Below, one piece after another: positions 23,152 through 24,000 of a stretch of DNA of 24,000 nucleotides. The stretch comes from Longimonas halophila (GTDB taxonomy: Bacteria > Bacteroidota > Rhodothermia > Rhodothermales > Salinibacteraceae), in contig NZ_PDEP01000008.1 in assembly GCF_002554705.1 (NCBI RefSeq), positions 40,106 to 64,105 of the forward strand, given 5' to 3'. Both the position numbers and the translations under genes were made by a program. How positions within the stretch are numbered: the stretch's first letter is position 1; every line of letters begins with the position of its first letter. Under the pieces are notes generated by a model. It did no database searches. It saw only the letters and a program-made list of their open reading frames with translations, and was not told where the DNA came from.

Positions 23152-24000
23152 ATGATACAAGAGGCTAAACAAGAGATTTTCTCACTTGCAACACAGTTCG
23201 CTTTGTGCGATGTCGAAGACACGATAGTTGTCAGTGGAGCACCCCGTTCAGGTACAACCTGGCTGGCTGAGTTGCTACGGGAACTCCCTAGCTACAAGAT
23301 GCTGAATGAGCCTCTCAACATAAGTAGCTCAGCGCTCACTAAAGACATTGAAGGTGTTCAGTGGCGGACGTATTTGGAAAAGGGCACAAGCTTCCCTGAA
23401 CTCCACACTGCACTTTATAGAGCACTGACTGGAGATGTCGATGCACTGTGGATGTGGCGCTTCCATTCTGATCGTCCTTCTCTCATGTTGTATGAGCATT
23501 TAAGTCATCAGAAGCTCGTCGTGAAAATCATTAGAGCGAGTCGTATGCTAGGTTGGTTATCTGATTCTTTTCCGGTTCGTGCCATTGTCCACACGTTCCG
23601 TCATCCGTGTGCCGTTGTGGCGTCGCAGATGAACTATAAGGCTGTATGGAGCAAAGCTTCGCCCCCCTCTGCTAGAGAAATGCGAGACGAACTTGGAGCT
23701 GGACTTCCTGATAAAATCTGGAAAGAGATCCAACCTGCTACTCAGTACATGCGTACAGCCGCAGGAACACTGGCTCTCGTTTGGGCAATTGATGCTCTCT
23801 GTGTCCTTCAATACCCAGTACACAGGCCTTTCGTAGTAACGACCTACGAAGATCTTTTACTTGATACAAAGAGGGAGGTCAAGAGAATTCTTGACTTGAT
23901 CAACGAACTCGTACCCCAAAATATGCTTGAGCGCTTCGAGGTGCCGAGCCATTCCGCATCACAAAGTCTTGAGACAGGGAATGTTAGCAAGCAACTTGTG
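23152..24000 (+). CDS. Sulfotransferase family protein (5' partial in window, runs off the 3' edge)
   Basis: ATG at 23152 opens a frame with no stop through 24000 (283 codons, translated by hand). It is not in the ORF track because no stop is reached. It carries a PAPS-loop-like motif VVSGAPRSGTTWL and a later RHPCAVVASQ motif. Confidence 0.75.
   Translation, partial: MIQEAKQEIFSLATQFALCDVEDTIVVSGAPRSGTTWLAELLRELPSYKMLNEPLNISSSALTKDIEGVQWRTYLEKGTSFPELHTALYRALTGDVDALWMWRFHSDRPSLMLYEHLSHQKLVVKIIRASRMLGWLSDSFPVRAIVHTFRHPCAVVASQMNYKAVWSKASPPSAREMRDELGAGLPDKIWKEIQPATQYMRTAAGTLALVWAIDALCVLQYPVHRPFVVTTYEDLLLDTKREVKRILDLINELVPQNMLERFEVPSHSASQSLETGNVSKQLV

Noticed and set aside
1-24000. tRNA, rRNA or other known structured RNA genes
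   Set aside because: No T-loop-like GGTTCGAATCC motifs in a tRNA-like context and no rRNA-like segments were seen by eye. A proper tRNAscan or Infernal run was not possible here, so absence is not proven.

Overview
High-GC window (core genes about 60-70% GC by hand counts). The encoded proteins are strongly acidic. This fits a halophilic Salinibacter-like member of Rhodothermia/Bacteroidota, but that is an inference from protein style only and was not verified. Three kinds of content are present. (1) Core genes: a secreted tricorn-protease homolog (minus strand), a lipoprotein zinc metalloprotease and an ABC exporter. (2) A cell-surface sugar cluster: rfbB, rfbA, two FdtA/QdtA-like 3,4-ketoisomerases, an LbH N-acetyltransferase, a DegT-type aminotransferase, a GT2 glycosyltransferase and two sulfotransferases. 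Its GC falls stepwise from about 60% to 23-48% toward the 3' end. (3) About 5.9 kb of non-coding DNA, roughly a quarter of the window and the most unusual part. It is built from a small vocabulary of hairpin-forming repeat modules that recur in shuffled combinations, almost all in the + orientation. The only credible genes embedded in these arrays are small nuclease-type cassettes. These are three DUF559 (Vsr-like PD-(D/E)xK) genes, each bracketed by direct repeats of hairpin modules, a DUF433/DUF5615 (PIN-like) pair, and a PIN gene that looks C-terminally disrupted plus a 69-aa partner. One DUF559 cassette sits between rfbB and rfbA. I propose the DUF559-plus-hairpin-module association as the candidate undescribed system, analogous in logic to REP/BIME elements with their RAYT nuclease. 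This is a hypothesis from sequence architecture only. No tRNA, rRNA, CRISPR array, transposase or integrase was seen by eye.
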